NCBI GenBank assembly: GCA_964016885.1
Contig: OZ024749.1
Coordinates: 17,360,001 to 17,424,000, forward strand
DNA length: 64,000 bases
Source: Eledone cirrhosa
Taxonomy: Eukaryota
Direction: 5' to 3'
Positions 37,353 to 49,690 of the stretch are shown one piece after another. A program made the position numbers and the translations under genes. Each line of letters starts with the position of its first letter. The first letter of the stretch is position 1. Under the pieces are notes generated by a model. That model was not told where the DNA came from. It saw only the letters and a program-made list of their open reading frames with translations, and did not search any database.

Positions 37353-38104
37353 AATATTACACAAATATGACCCTCCCCAAGTATAACAATATTTGTTTCG
37401 ACACACGATTTCATATAAAAAACCTTGCAAAACTAATTCACCGCCGCTATGGCATTAGCTTGTGCCAAGCTGAAAGGTTATTGAAAGACACTGTTTTCTG
37501 TTATATAAAAACTACAATAACAACAGAACAAATCCGCTTCTTAAAACACTGTGTTTCCTCCAAAACATACACAACAAACATATCAAAACAAGTAAATAAT
37601 TTATTATTGAACAAAACACAAGCCGAACGACTAAAACACACAATAACAGTTAATATGAAAAGAACAACATACACAAAAGTCAACGCACTTTACAGACAGA
37701 AACGCATTAACGGTAAGGAAATCCGAAATCTCATCACAGCAAACGAGAGAGATAACTTCATGAGCGTCATCCGACGTGAAACGAAATACGCTCGAAACGA
37801 ATGCAATAGGCATTTCAATAAGAAATTAGAATGGATGAATAAGAAAAAACTACAAGAAAGGAAAATCGAATATTCTCAAAAATACCCAGATAACATCGAC
37901 AATATCCGTATGACTGATGTAAAACTACCGGAAGAATTTACCAATGACCACACAGTAAATATCTATGGGAACACTTTAATCAGTGAACAAGAACAACAAA
38001 TCCTGCGGCTACCACCAAAATTTGCCATTTACAAAAAGATTAACCCTATGGAATGCAAAACGGAGCTGGAAAAGTGTTTCACAAAAATACGTTGGAATGC
38101 AAAG

Positions 38105-38600
38105 GTAAACAACAACAACAATAATAACGGTAGTAGTAATATAAACAATAACTCTGAGTATAGAAATAACAGCCATAACTATAACAATAGCAGGAAAGTG
38201 AGAAATAGTGATAATGGTAATAATACTAGCGATAGACAGAACAACAACAACCACAATAATAATAATAATAGAAACATTAACCACAGACACAGCAGCAGCG
38301 ACCACAGTAGTAATAACGGCAACAATACGAACAACAACAACAATAACCACAGTGGTAATAATGGAAATAGTACATGTAGCAACATCAATGATAGACACAA
38401 CAAAAACAAGAAACATAATAAAAGTAACAACCACAATGGTAGAAATAACAGTAACAACAACAACAATAACGGTGAAGTAAACAACAATACATCTAGCAAT
38501 CATAACAATAATAATAATGCTAATGATAGAAACAAAAACAACCACCATGATAACAATAATAGCAACACACACAACTATGACGATAGATATAATGACAACC
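38105..38600 (+). repeat. (AAC/AAT)n-derived Asn-rich in-frame tract in the Penelope N-terminal region
   Basis: About 160 codons dominated by N within the open frame 37190-39022. Confidence 0.9.
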
Positions 38601-41191
38601 CCTTAGAGAAACTATTTTTCAACCCAGCTGACAAAACATATAAGATGGATAATATCTATCCTACGAGGTTACCCTTTAATAAAAGAGTTTGCATACCACA
38701 ACAAATAGATGACGAGACAGAGGCACAGTTCACCATAGCTAGAAATAAGATTAGACAAATAGTAGACAGGTATACTAAGAGACAGAGCAGACCAGAGGCC
38801 CAACAACTTGGGAGAAAACCTGTAGAAGGCTTGGTTAGCCTCAAGCAGCGCACAAGGGATGGTGAGGTAGTATGTCTACCCACGGATAAGTCTGGTAGGA
38901 TGTCAATAGATAGCATGCCGAACTACATCGAGGCTATGCAACCCCACATCACCAACACGAGCGAAATTGCACAACAAACACACGATGGGAGAGAGAAAAT
39001 CCTCAATGATGATGTAGACTGACATCCTAAAGCCAAGCAGACGCACTGCCAACAACTTCCAGGCGTCTAACAATGGCATACCACCCTTGTATGGGCTCCG
39101 CAAAGACCACAAGACAGTCGACGACCCGACAACAGGACCACCAACAAGACCCGTATGCGGAGCTAATATAGCTAGCAACTATAGGATCTCCTACTTCCTC
39201 TCAATGGTTATACGCCCCATAATCAAGATGTCCCCAGATGTATGTGACAGTACAGAGGACCTCCTCAGCAGAATCAATGAGTGCAACAAAAACATGAGCC
39301 TATCCAACTGCATAATAGGCAGCATGGATGTGATGTCACTGTACCCATCCATTAACATTGATTTTGCTGTGAAAAGATGTGTGGAGATGATCATTGAGAG
39401 TGAGGTGGAGTTCTGCGACGTCGACACAGACGAACTGGGCCTCCTACTTAGACTTACCTACGACACTGACGACCTAGACAGCCATGACCTTAGATGTTTC
39501 TGCCCCAGTAGACCTATAAGAGGTAGACCCCCTACCATAACCTCAATGGCAAAAAAGACTCCCATGGGAAGGTGGATTGGGTGGACCAAAGCTATACGGA
39601 CCCGCCAAAACAATGATCAGGTAAGAAAAATGGTCGCACATGCAATAGGGGCTAGTATCAAAACTACCCTAAAGGGCCACATATTTAAGTTCAACGAGAA
39701 GATCTACACCCAAAATGAGGGAGCAGTCATCGGCGTCAGCATAGCTGGTGATGTTGCCAACCTTTTCATGGTATGGTGGGAAAGGAGACTTAAAGATCTC
39801 CTTAATGAGAGCTCCATAGACCTCATCATGTAGACGATATCAATATAGTTATAAGAACACCCCCACTAGAGAGCACTAACAAGTTTGATTTAGAACGTAG
39901 CACGATGGAAAGCATCCAGCAGATAGCTAATTCCATACACCAGAGTATAACTGTAACTATCGACTTCCCTTCCAAACACCCTAACAATAGACTACCTGTA
40001 TTAGACACAGAACTCTGGATTAACACTATAGACGAGAGAGCCCAAATTCTCCACTCACACTATGCTAAACCCATGGCCTCCAAATACCTGATACTCAAAA
40101 ACTCAGCAATGTCCAGTAGTGCTAAGTTTAATATTCTGATCGCAGATTTGGTACGAGTGATGAAGAATGTGTCCCGAATGTGCGACCCAACAGAAATGGA
40201 AAGACACATCTAACACTTCATCAACCGCATGCAGTTCTCTGGCTACAACCAAAGAGACAGAGTCAGAGTATACGAAGGAGCCATGGAAAAGTATAAGACC
40301 CTCATAGAACTGGACATGAAAGGAATTTGCCCATTATACAGGAGCAAATCATGGAATAGCTTAGATAGGGCTAGACATAAGATAGGGAAAGCCACCTCAT
40401 GGTACGACAACCAGAGATACCAGAGTGTCATGTTTGTGGACGCCACCCCTGGAGGGAAATTAGCTAACCAGTGTAGAAAGGCCCTGAGAAAGACCCACTT
40501 GAAAATAAAGGTGGTAGAAAAGCCAGGAACCACCATAAAATCCCTGATCAGCAAAACCTTCCCTTTTAAGAAAACCCACTGTACTAATAGGAAATGTATC
40601 ATATGTAAGGTGAACCCCCGGATAAACTGTAAAACTAGAAACGTAGTCTATAGCATAAGATGTACAGAGGGTACTTGCAGAAACATGACAACAACATACA
40701 TAGGTGAGACAGCTCGTAGCATAGGTGAAAGGATAGACCAACACTGGGGGGAACTAAAAGGACGAAAAAACGGGTCAGTACTATACGAACATGCTAGACA
40801 ACAACATGACGGTAACATAGAAATTAGAATAATATCTAAACATAGAAATGACCCAGCAGATAGGCAAATCAGAGAGGCCAGTGAAATAGAAATTAGAAGA
40901 CCAAAGTTAAACAGAAAGAATGAATGGAATAACAACAACACCCAAACAAACAACACTGACCTAAGAGAAGTATAAATAAGTAAATAAAATAAAATAAATA
41001 AATAAATAAATACATACACAAGCACAATAACAACAAGCACATAAACACACACTAGTCAACAAAACACTATACACACACGCAAATGCATGCGCAAAGAAGA
41101 CAAAATAAAATAAACAAACAAGCAAATAAATAAATAAATATATAGACAGACTGAATAAAAATGGCGTAGACATACAGTACAACAGGAGGAA

Positions 41192-41250
41192 GATATAACA
41201 CCACTGACGATGTTGCAGATGTGCAACGAAAGATTTATGATAAACTATAT
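41192..41250 (+). ncRNA. Minimal type I hammerhead in the Penelope pLTR
   Basis: CCA-CTGACGA-T-GTTGCA-GATG-TGCAAC-GAAA-GATT-TA-TGA: core and stem II are clear, stems I and III weak. Position matches the hammerheads known in Penelope pLTRs. Confidence 0.65.
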
Positions 41251-41438
41251 ATATGTGTTTGTGTCTATATTGTATCTGTATTATTTTTGACCGTCGGTCA
41301 GTCAATGGCAACATTGAGGACCGAGTAAGTTAGATTACCGATATAAAAGACACAGAAGCGAGAAGCGAAAACCAACCAAACAGTGTGTTCTGTTATTAAT
41401 TCTGGCAATATTACACAAATATGACCCTCCCCAAGTAT

Positions 41439-41526
<88 letters not shown>

Positions 41527-41997
41527 ATGTATATATACATACATGTGTGTGTGTTTATGTGTGACTAAACTGCAGAATATGGCCGATGTTTATTTAGAGC
41601 TAGAGGGTTATTTGGCTGCTATTTCTACTAGGTGAAGTAACCAGGTAAGAGACTCACTCGTTAATACGTAATAAATATTTTACTGGGAGATGTTGTTTGT
41701 TTTACCAGGGGTTGGATACAATTGATGGAGTGAATTGATATAACTGAAAGTCTTTCTGAAGGTATTAAATTATGTCAGGGACTTTTAACGTATGACACCG
41801 GTGTTATTTAAGAACGGGGAAAAATGGTCAACAACTACCTGTTATCTTAATTATAACTTTAATTAATCTAATTATATCTTGTATAGCAATTATAAAACAT
41901 ATTTGTAATGTTATTTATGTATATATATATATAAAACATATTTGTAATGTTATTTATTTATATATATATGTATAGCGGTGAACTTGGTGTGTATGAA

Positions 41998-42293
41998 TGT
42001 AACAAGGAGACATCGTTTGTGTGGATAATATTTAATCAACAATTTAACAGTATATTTGACATGTCAATGAATAAACGAAAGAATGAAGCAAAGTTAGTAG
42101 TTACCGTTTTGATTGCCAGGCAAACGCGGCTGCAGAAGACGCCTGGCGAAGGCCAGGCGCCGGTAGGGCAAATGAGAGAGTGAGAACTTAAAGTTGTTAG
42201 TTTTATAGGGTTCTGACCGGAAGTTACAGAAAAGGTTCTACTTCCTGTCTAGATGGTGTTGTGAGTGTCACAACAAGGGAGGCAACTGCTACA
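41998..42293 (-). mobile_element. Possible 3' LTR of an LTR retrotransposon
   Basis: Minus strand: purine-rich GGCGGGAGG then TTA|TGTAGCAG ... TTGTTACA, with internal CCTATAAAA. No second LTR or coding sequence in the window. Confidence 0.45.
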
Positions 42294-42716
42294 TAACCTC
42301 CCGCCAGAATTTTAGAATATAAAAATCGAATGAAATATGTAGCAAGTTGGCGAGAATGTTGTAACAGGCATGAAAATTACGACAAAAGAATGTTTGCAAA
42401 AATCAATGATAGATATCAAGGTAGCCAACCGCTCTTGGCCAGAGAACGACTGGACATCTATCTATCCATCACCCAAAGATACAATGTAATAAAGTAAGAG
42501 AAGAGCTCAAAGTTCAAATGTACAAAATATAGTTCACAGGTGTGCAATCACATGACAGCAGGAAAGAAAGTGTGTTCCAGAGAATGAATGCAGGTGGTTT
42601 CATTGATTTTTGCAAACATTCTTTTGTCGTAATTTTCATGCCTGTTACAACATTCTCGCCAACTTGCTACATATTTCATTCGATTTTTATATTCTAAAAT
42701 TCTGGCGGGAGGTTAT
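42293..42716. repeat. 117-bp inverted repeat with 190-bp spacer
   Basis: 42293-42409 is the reverse complement of 42600-42716; no mismatch seen by eye. Confidence 0.9.
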
Positions 42717-42735
42717 AAAAGTTTTAATATAGAAG

Positions 42736-42786
42736 AGCTTCTACAGGACTAGAACTGTTTCATTCATGAGAAATCATCAGGGAGCT
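42736..42786 (-). ncRNA. Type I hammerhead fold, partly degenerate
   Basis: Minus strand AGCTCC-CTGATGA-TTTCTCATGAAT-GAAA-CAG-TTCTAGTC-CTG-TA-GAAGCT: complete core, stem III ACAG/CTGT, stem I 5 of 6 pairs, weak stem II. Confidence 0.65.
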
Positions 42787-43291
42787 GCCTGTCCAAGTAG
42801 TGGTATTTATATCTTTTCTTTTCTGGTGGTAGGAGAGGGTGGGGGTTGGGATGGGTGGAGGTCATTGGTTGAAGGATTTAAAGAAAAGGGAGCTCATTAA
42901 AAGCTAATTCTTTAAAGCTATAGTAATAACAAAGGCAGGAAGAATACTGTAAAAAAAATCATGTTTGGAATTCCAATCCTAGTTTATCACTTAGACTAAC
43001 AATGGCTGTAAGACAGGTGTCTACAGGATGGGTGGGGTTCAATGGTTTAAAGAAAAGGGAAATTCTTTAAGGCTGAAATAAGGGTGACAAAGGCAGAAAG
43101 GGTTCCATCAACAGATTCAAGTGTTGGGTGCTTTCCCCTATTGTGAATTTTCTTTTAATATATATTCCAGGTGTTGACAAACACATTCACACACTTGCCC
43201 ACTTACACACACATACACGCACACACACAACAAACATACATAATGGTACATACACATATACAAATATATACACATATATATACATATACAT

Positions 43292-43626
43292 ACATGGCTT
43301 AGTGGTTAGAGCATTGGCCTTGCAATCGAAAGGTTGTGAGTTCAATTCTCAGACCGGGTGATGTGTTGTTTCCTTGAGCAAGACACTTTATTTCACATTG
43401 CTCCAGTTTACTCAGCTGTAGAAATGAGATGATAGGGACTGGGTTCCCTATCATTCCACTGCAAAGTGGACGTGGAGGTGCCACGGCAAAAAAAGCACCC
43501 AGCACTCACTGTAAATGAGGTTGGTGTTAGGAAGGGCATCCAGCTGTAGAAATCAAGCCAGCATCAGTTCCCGTCCCACCCTTGCAAGCAGGGAAAAGCG
43601 GATGTAAAATGAAATGATGATGATGA
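43292..43626 (+). mobile_element. tRNA/CORE SINE with RTE-like 3' tail
   Basis: A box TGGCTTAGTGG, B box GTTCAATTC, CORE-like TCCTTGAGCAAGACACTTTATTTCAC, then CACTGTAAATGAGGTTGGTGTTAGGAAGGGCATCCAGCTGTAGAAATCAAGCC as in the RTE UTR at 49413-49466, and (GAT)n. Confidence 0.9.
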
Positions 43627-43629
43627 ATG

Positions 43630-44794
43630 ATGATATCATCATCATCGTTTAACGTCCATGTTCCATGCTTGCATGGGTTTGGATGGGAGTTTTCCCACTT
43701 GAGGCAAGATTTGTTGTCCTGCTCGTATAGGACTGTCTGGCGGGTTTTCTACGGCTGGATGCAGTGTGGACTGGGAGGTTTTTACCGTGTTACCTACACG
43801 TCCACATTACAGCGTGGACTGTGTGTTTTTTTTGTCGTGACACCTACACGTCTGGTGGGTTTTCTACGGCTGGGTGCCCTTCCCAACACCAACCACGTTT
43901 ACAGTGTCGACTGGGAGGTTTTTACCGTGTTACCTACATGGCCACATTACAGCGTGGAGTGTGTGTGTTTTTGTCGTGACACCTACACGCCCTGATTTGT
44001 TTCGGACTGGATGCTGTGGTACCAACATAACTTTACATTGGAAGGGGTGGGGGTAGTGGGGCCAGGGTGTATTTTTGTTAGAGGTGCCTACTGACTGTAG
44101 GTTTCACTTTGTACTTAGGCAAGGCGGGTCTTCTGTATTACTGATCTCGGTCCAGTGACATTGTCTTGGAGAGGTTTAAGTGCGTGAGGTCGGAATTTAT
44201 CAGGTCGTCCCAGGTTTTTCTGGGTCTACCTACTCCGTGGTTACCGTCTATCTTTATTGCCCTGCACTTTTTTATACAGCTCTCGTCTTTCATGCGCATC
44301 ACGTGACCGTACCAACGTAGTCTTCTCTCGAGTAAACAACATCTGATCCCTCTTATTTCTAATTTTTTCCTTAGTTCCTATTACACATCCAGCGGAGCAT
44401 GCAAGCTTCGTTCCTCTCTAGTCTGCGTATATCCTCTGCACACAATGCCCAGGTCTCACTGCCATGCAACATTGCTGTTCGTATGCAGGCATCATACAGC
44501 CTGCCTTTCATTTTTAGAGAGAACCCTTTAGCGGCCAATAGTGGTAGAAGCTCTCTGAACTTTTTCCATCCCGTTCTGACTCTAGCTACTGTACCTTCAG
44601 AGCACCCTCCACCACTGCTGATTTTGTCACCCAGGTAACGGAAGCTGTCCACTATTTCTATAGAACCATCTGTGAAAGGAATGAGCTAGTATTCTTTGGG
44701 CACTTGCTGCTACTTATTGCACCAGAGCACCGGCCACATATAAAATCTATATTCTTAGTTAGCTTACCTTAGTTAGCTTAACCTAGGTTAATTT

Positions 44795-44825
<31 letters not shown>

Positions 44826-45355
44826 GTTATATATATATGTGTGTGTATGCGTATGTATGTACACATATTACACATCCAGCGGAGCATGCAAGCTTCGTTC
44901 CTCTCTAGTCTGCGTATATCCTCTGCACACAATGCCCAGGTCTCACTGCCATGCAACATTGCTGTTCGTATGCAGGCATCATACAACCTGCCTTTCATTT
45001 TTAGGGAGAACCCTTTAGCGGCTAATAGTGGTATAAGCTCTCTGAACTTTTTCCATACGGAAACTGTTCACTATTTCTATAGAACCCTCTGCGCAGTTGG
45101 AAGAGCTAGTATTTAGTGGGCACTTGCTGCTACTTATTGCACCAGAGCACTGACCACATGTAAAATCTATGTTCTTAGTTAGCTTACCTGTGATCCCACT
45201 ACATCTTTTATGCACCCATACTTTGCATTTGGGACATAAAATGGAGTTTCTACCTACTCCTTTCCTACACACTGAGCATGGCCATTTCCCAGATGGGACC
45301 GGTACCCTATTTTCCTTCCTACAAACTAGAACTTTAGTCTTAGACAGGTTAATTT
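43630..45355 (-). mobile_element. Two RTE LINE 3' fragments (43630-44770 and 44867-45355)
   Basis: ORFs DSFRYLGDKISSGGGCSE...MLHGSETW and CRKGVGRNSILCPKC. Confidence 0.9.
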
Positions 45356-45388
<33 letters not shown>

Positions 45389-45455
45389 GTTATATATATA
45401 TGTGTGTGTATGCGTATGTATGTACACATATTTGTATGTATGTGTATATATATGT

Positions 45456-46682
45456 GTTCTAGTTTGTAAGAAAGAAAATAAGGCGGTGGTCCCTTCCGGG
45501 AAGTGGCCATGCTCAGTGTGTAGGAAAGGCGTAGGTAGAAACTCCATTTTATGTCCCAAATGCAAAGTATGGGTGCATAAAAGATGTAGTGGGATCACAG
45601 GTAAGCTAACTAAGAACATAGATTTTACATGTGGTCAGTGCTCTGGTGCAATAAGTAGCAGCAAGTGCCCACTAAATACTAGCTCTTCCAACTGCGCAGA
45701 GGGTTCTATAGAAATAGTGAACAGTTTCCGTATGGAAAAAGTTCAGAGAGCTTATACCACTATTAGCCGCTAAAGGGTTCTCCCTAAAAATGAAAGGCAG
45801 GTTGTATGATGCCTGCATACGAACAGCAATGTTGCATGGCAGTGAGACCTGGGCATTGTGTGCAGAGGATATACGCAGACTAGAGAGGAACGAAGCTTGC
45901 ATGCTCCGCTGGATGTGTAATAGGAACTAAGGAAAAAATTAGAAATAAGAGGGATCAGATGTTGTTTTCTCGAGAGAAGGCTACGTTGGTATGGTCACGT
46001 GATGCGCATGAAAGACGATAGCTGTATAACAAAGTGCAGGGCAATAAAGATAGACGGTAGCCACGGAGTAGGCAGACCCAGAAAAACCTGGGACGAGCTG
46101 ATAAATTCCGACCTCACACACTTACACCTCTCCAAGACAATGTCACTGGACCGAGACCTATGGCGGTACTCAGTAATAGAGAAGACCCGCCTTACCTAAA
46201 TACAAAGTAAAACCTACTACAGTCAGTAGGCATCTCTAACAAAATACACCCCCGTCCCACCACCCCCACCCCATCCTCACCGCCCCTTTCAATGTAAAGT
46301 TATGTTGGTGCCACAACATCCAGGCCGAAACAAATGAGATCGTGTAGGTGTCACGACAAAAAAACACACAGTCCACGCTGTAATGTGGCCGTGTAGGAAA
46401 CACGGTAAAAACCTCCCAGTCCCACACTGTAAATGTGGTTGGTGTTAGGAAGGGCATCCACCTGTAGAAAACCCGCCAGACAGTCCACGCTGTAATGTGG
46501 CCGTGTAGGCAACACGGTAAAAAGCTCCCAGCCCCACACTGTAAATGTGGTTGGTGTTAGGAAGGGCATCCAGCTGTAGAAAACCCCCCAGACAGTCCTA
46601 TGCGAGCAATGACAACCACTCTTGCCTCAAGTGGGAAAACTCCCGTCCAAACCCATGCAAGCGTGGAACATGGACGTTAAAC

Positions 46683-46712
<30 letters not shown>
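45456..46712 (+). mobile_element. RTE LINE 3' fragment with (GAT)n tail
   Basis: GKWPCSVCRKGVGRNSILC..., RMKDDSCITKC...GRPRKTWDE, 3' UTR and GAT repeats at 46684-46712. Confidence 0.92.
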
Positions 46713-46714
<2 letters not shown>

Positions 46715-47019
46715 GTATATGTGTATGTGTGTATGTACCATTATGTATGTTTGTTGTGTGTGTGTGTGTGCGTGTATGTGTGTGTACGTGTGTAAGTGGG
46801 CTAGTGTGTGAATGTGTTTGTCAACACCTGGAATATATATTAAGAGAAACTTCACAATAGGGGGAATCACCCAACACTTGAATCTGTTGATGGAACCCTT
46901 TCTGCCTTTGTCACCCTTATTTCAACCTTAAAGAATTAGCTTCTAAAGAATTTCCCTTTTCTTTAAACCATTGAACCCCACCCATCCTGTAGACACCTGT
47001 CTTACAGCCATTGTTATAA

Positions 47020-47092
<73 letters not shown>

Positions 47093-47235
47093 ATATTAAT
47101 AAATGCAAACTATATTTATAAAACCATATTTATTTTATTATACATATTTCAAGGGCAACCAAGGCAAATTATGGTGCGCTTTCATCAGTTAAAATACAGA
47201 TTTGTTTTATAAATAAATATTGACATACCCGGTAA

Positions 47236-47304
47236 AAAGACAACCTTAACGGTTGGAGCTTCCTGGAAGCTATCCAGGAAGCTCCAACCGTTAAGGTTGT
47301 CTTT
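47236..47304. repeat. Perfect hairpin, 32-bp arms, 5-nt loop
   Basis: AAAGACAACCTTAACGGTTGGAGCTTCCTGGA-AGCTA-TCCAGGAAGCTCCAACCGTTAAGGTTGTCTTT. Confidence 0.92.
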
Positions 47305-48132
47305 CCATTTATTAATATATTGTGTATTTACTCCAGTAAACTGTTGAGTGCTTTATATCAGTTATAAAAAATTTTAAACTTGTTGAATTCCAACAAATTA
47401 AATATAACCTCTACATATATATATATATATACATATAACATATATATATATACATATAACATATATATATATACATATATACATATAACTTATATATATA
47501 TATATATACATATATAAATATAAATTCAGCGAGAATCGTATTTCGGCTGGTAGAAAAAGCGAAACGAACCGCAAAATCATAGAAATGCTGGCAAGCGGTC
47601 AATAGTTAAAAAAACATAGCTAAACAATATGTTAAAACGCCATACAAATTGAAAAAGTGGTCGAGAAGGCATTAACCACCTAAGCCAAAAAACAGATCAA
47701 GCTAAACAGGTCAAACAAAATAAATGATAAAAAGCTGGACCCAAATGGAACTACTGGTGGTAAAATCCAAATGCAGGGTTTCTATGACACCTAAACCAAT
47801 AATACTGTCTGCTTAAAACTATAAGCTTTCAGCATAAAGATCGAACAAGGAATATCACGTTATCAACAGGTAATTCTGCTCTGTAACCAACTTTGCGAGT
47901 GACACCGAGCATAGTTAAGGCACATGCGTAAGTCACAAGGGGAAATTCCCTATATTTTGGCAAAGGAATTCAGCATGTGTATATCATACAAAAAATTAGA
48001 TAGCACAAATCGAATAAGCACTCAACCGGGTAGTTTTTAAAAATAAACTTATGCAATTAATCTGTCAATAGAATTATTAACAGGTTATATATATATATAT
48101 ACATATATATAACCTGTTAATAATTCTATTGA

Positions 48133-48164
<32 letters not shown>

Positions 48165-48169
48165 GTTTG

Positions 48170-48289
48170 TAGGAAGTTGGTGTTAGGAAGAGCATCCAGC
48201 TGTAGAAATCAAGCCAGAATCAGTTCCCGTCCCACTCTTGCAAGCAGGGAAAAGCGGACGTAAAATGATGATGATGATGATGATGATGA
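48170..48289 (+). mobile_element. 5'-truncated SINE tail
   Basis: Matches 43520-43626; ends in (GAT)n. Confidence 0.8.
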
Positions 48290-48390
48290 TACATATATAT
48301 ATATATATACACACACACGCTCTCATGCATACACACATATACACACATTCATATATATATATTTATATAGTAAAGCACTTTACGATTAGG

Positions 48391-48431
<41 letters not shown>

Positions 48432-48888
48432 CTCTTGGCTGCTATTTCTAGCGCTAAAATTAAAACCGGAAGTGGACAAGATGAAAAAAGTTACCTAAAG
48501 TTCAGTCTCAACTTTTTGAACAATAGATGTTTTTTATGTCAACAGACGGAGAATATTTGGCAAGAAAGATAACTCTTGTCTTACTTAAAGCCGGAAATTG
48601 AGTTACAAATTTCGCGGGTCTGCAGTTTATATAAACCTTCTTATTTGGTCTTGTTAACTGGCATTTGACTGCTATTTCTAGCATATATTAATAGACACTT
48701 TAGAAATAGCAGCCAAAAGTCAGCTAACAACACTATAGGAAACACCAGAAAGAAGGACCCATGCACACACACACATATGTATATATATAAATGTACATGA
48801 GTGTGTGTGTATATATATACATATATGTATATATATATATATGTATATACATATACATATATATATATATCTATATATATATATATAT

Positions 48889-49583
48889 AGCGAGACCTGG
48901 GCGCTGAAGGTGGAAGACTTACGTAGATTAGAGAGAAACGAAGCCTGCATGCTCCGGTGGATGTGTAACAGTAATATACGTGAACGACAAAGCATAAATG
49001 AATTGAGAGAGAGACTGAGCATAAGAGGAATCAAATGCTGTGTGCAGGAGAGGCGGTTGCGCTGGTATGGACATGTGATGCGTATGAAGGATGACAGCTG
49101 CATAAAAAGGTGCAGAGCACTAGAAGTCGATGGAAACCGCGGAGTGGGGAGACCCAAGATGACCTGGGATGAGGTGATAAAAGCCGACCTTACCCAATTA
49201 CACCTCTCAAAGGCAATGACACACGACCGTGACCTCTGGCGTCACGCAATAATACAGAGTACTCGACCTCCCACGGGTACAAGCTGAAGCATATAGACAA
49301 TATGCCCCCACACCTCCCACTGCAAGGTGGTCGTGGAGGTGCCACGGCAAAAAAGCACCCAGCCCACACTGTAAAGTGGACGTGTAGGAGCCACGAAAAA
49401 GCACCCAGCACTCACTGTAAATGAGGTTGGTGTTAGGAAGGGCATCCAGCTGTAGAAATCAAGCCAAATCAGTTCCTGTATGAGCAAGGCATGGTCAGCC
49501 GACCAGACACTGCCCACAACAGGACAACCCGTCTAACCCATGCTAGCGTGGAAGAACGGACGTAAAACGGTGATAATGATGAT
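48889..49583 (+). mobile_element. RTE LINE 3' end (second subfamily) in (TA)n
   Basis: SETWALKVEDLRRLERNEACMLRWMC...RRLRWYGHVMR...GRPKMTWDEVI, then 3' UTR. Confidence 0.92.
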
Positions 49584-49690
49584 ATATATATACAGTATGT
49601 GTGTGTATATGTATATATATGTATATGTGTGTGTGAATATTTATATACAACCCACACACACACATATATATATATGTATATATATATATA

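Larger units (their letters stand above)
37349..41446 (+). mobile_element. Penelope-like retroelement (RT plus GIY-YIG), near full length, inactivated
   Basis: LYGLRKDHK, DVMSLYPSI, GAVIGVSIAGDVANLFM, LPVLDTEL, linker Cys cluster CTNRKCIICKV, GIY-YIG NVVYSIRC...YIGETARSIGERIDQH. Direct terminal repeat TGGCAATATTACACAAATATGACCCTCCCCAAGTATAACAATAT at 37349 and 41403. Frameshifts near 39010 and 39830, stop at 40211. Confidence 0.95.
42997..47016. repeat. Inverted duplication of about 4 kb containing RTE 3' ends and shared flank
   Basis: 42997-43270 mirrors 46715-47016, 43630-44570 mirrors 45735-46712, and 44867-45330 mirrors 45456-45920. Confidence 0.88.

Noticed and set aside
37190-37366. N-terminal extension of the 610-aa ORF
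   Set aside because: It reads through the antisense strand of the inverted copy; the element's own frame probably starts at MTLPKY (about 37367).
41325-41383. Possible pLTR intron GTAAGT...CAG
   Set aside because: No polypyrimidine tract and no transcript evidence.
43292-43365. tRNA-like sequence
   Set aside because: It is the head of a multi-copy SINE fused to CORE-like and RTE-derived segments, not a standalone tRNA gene.
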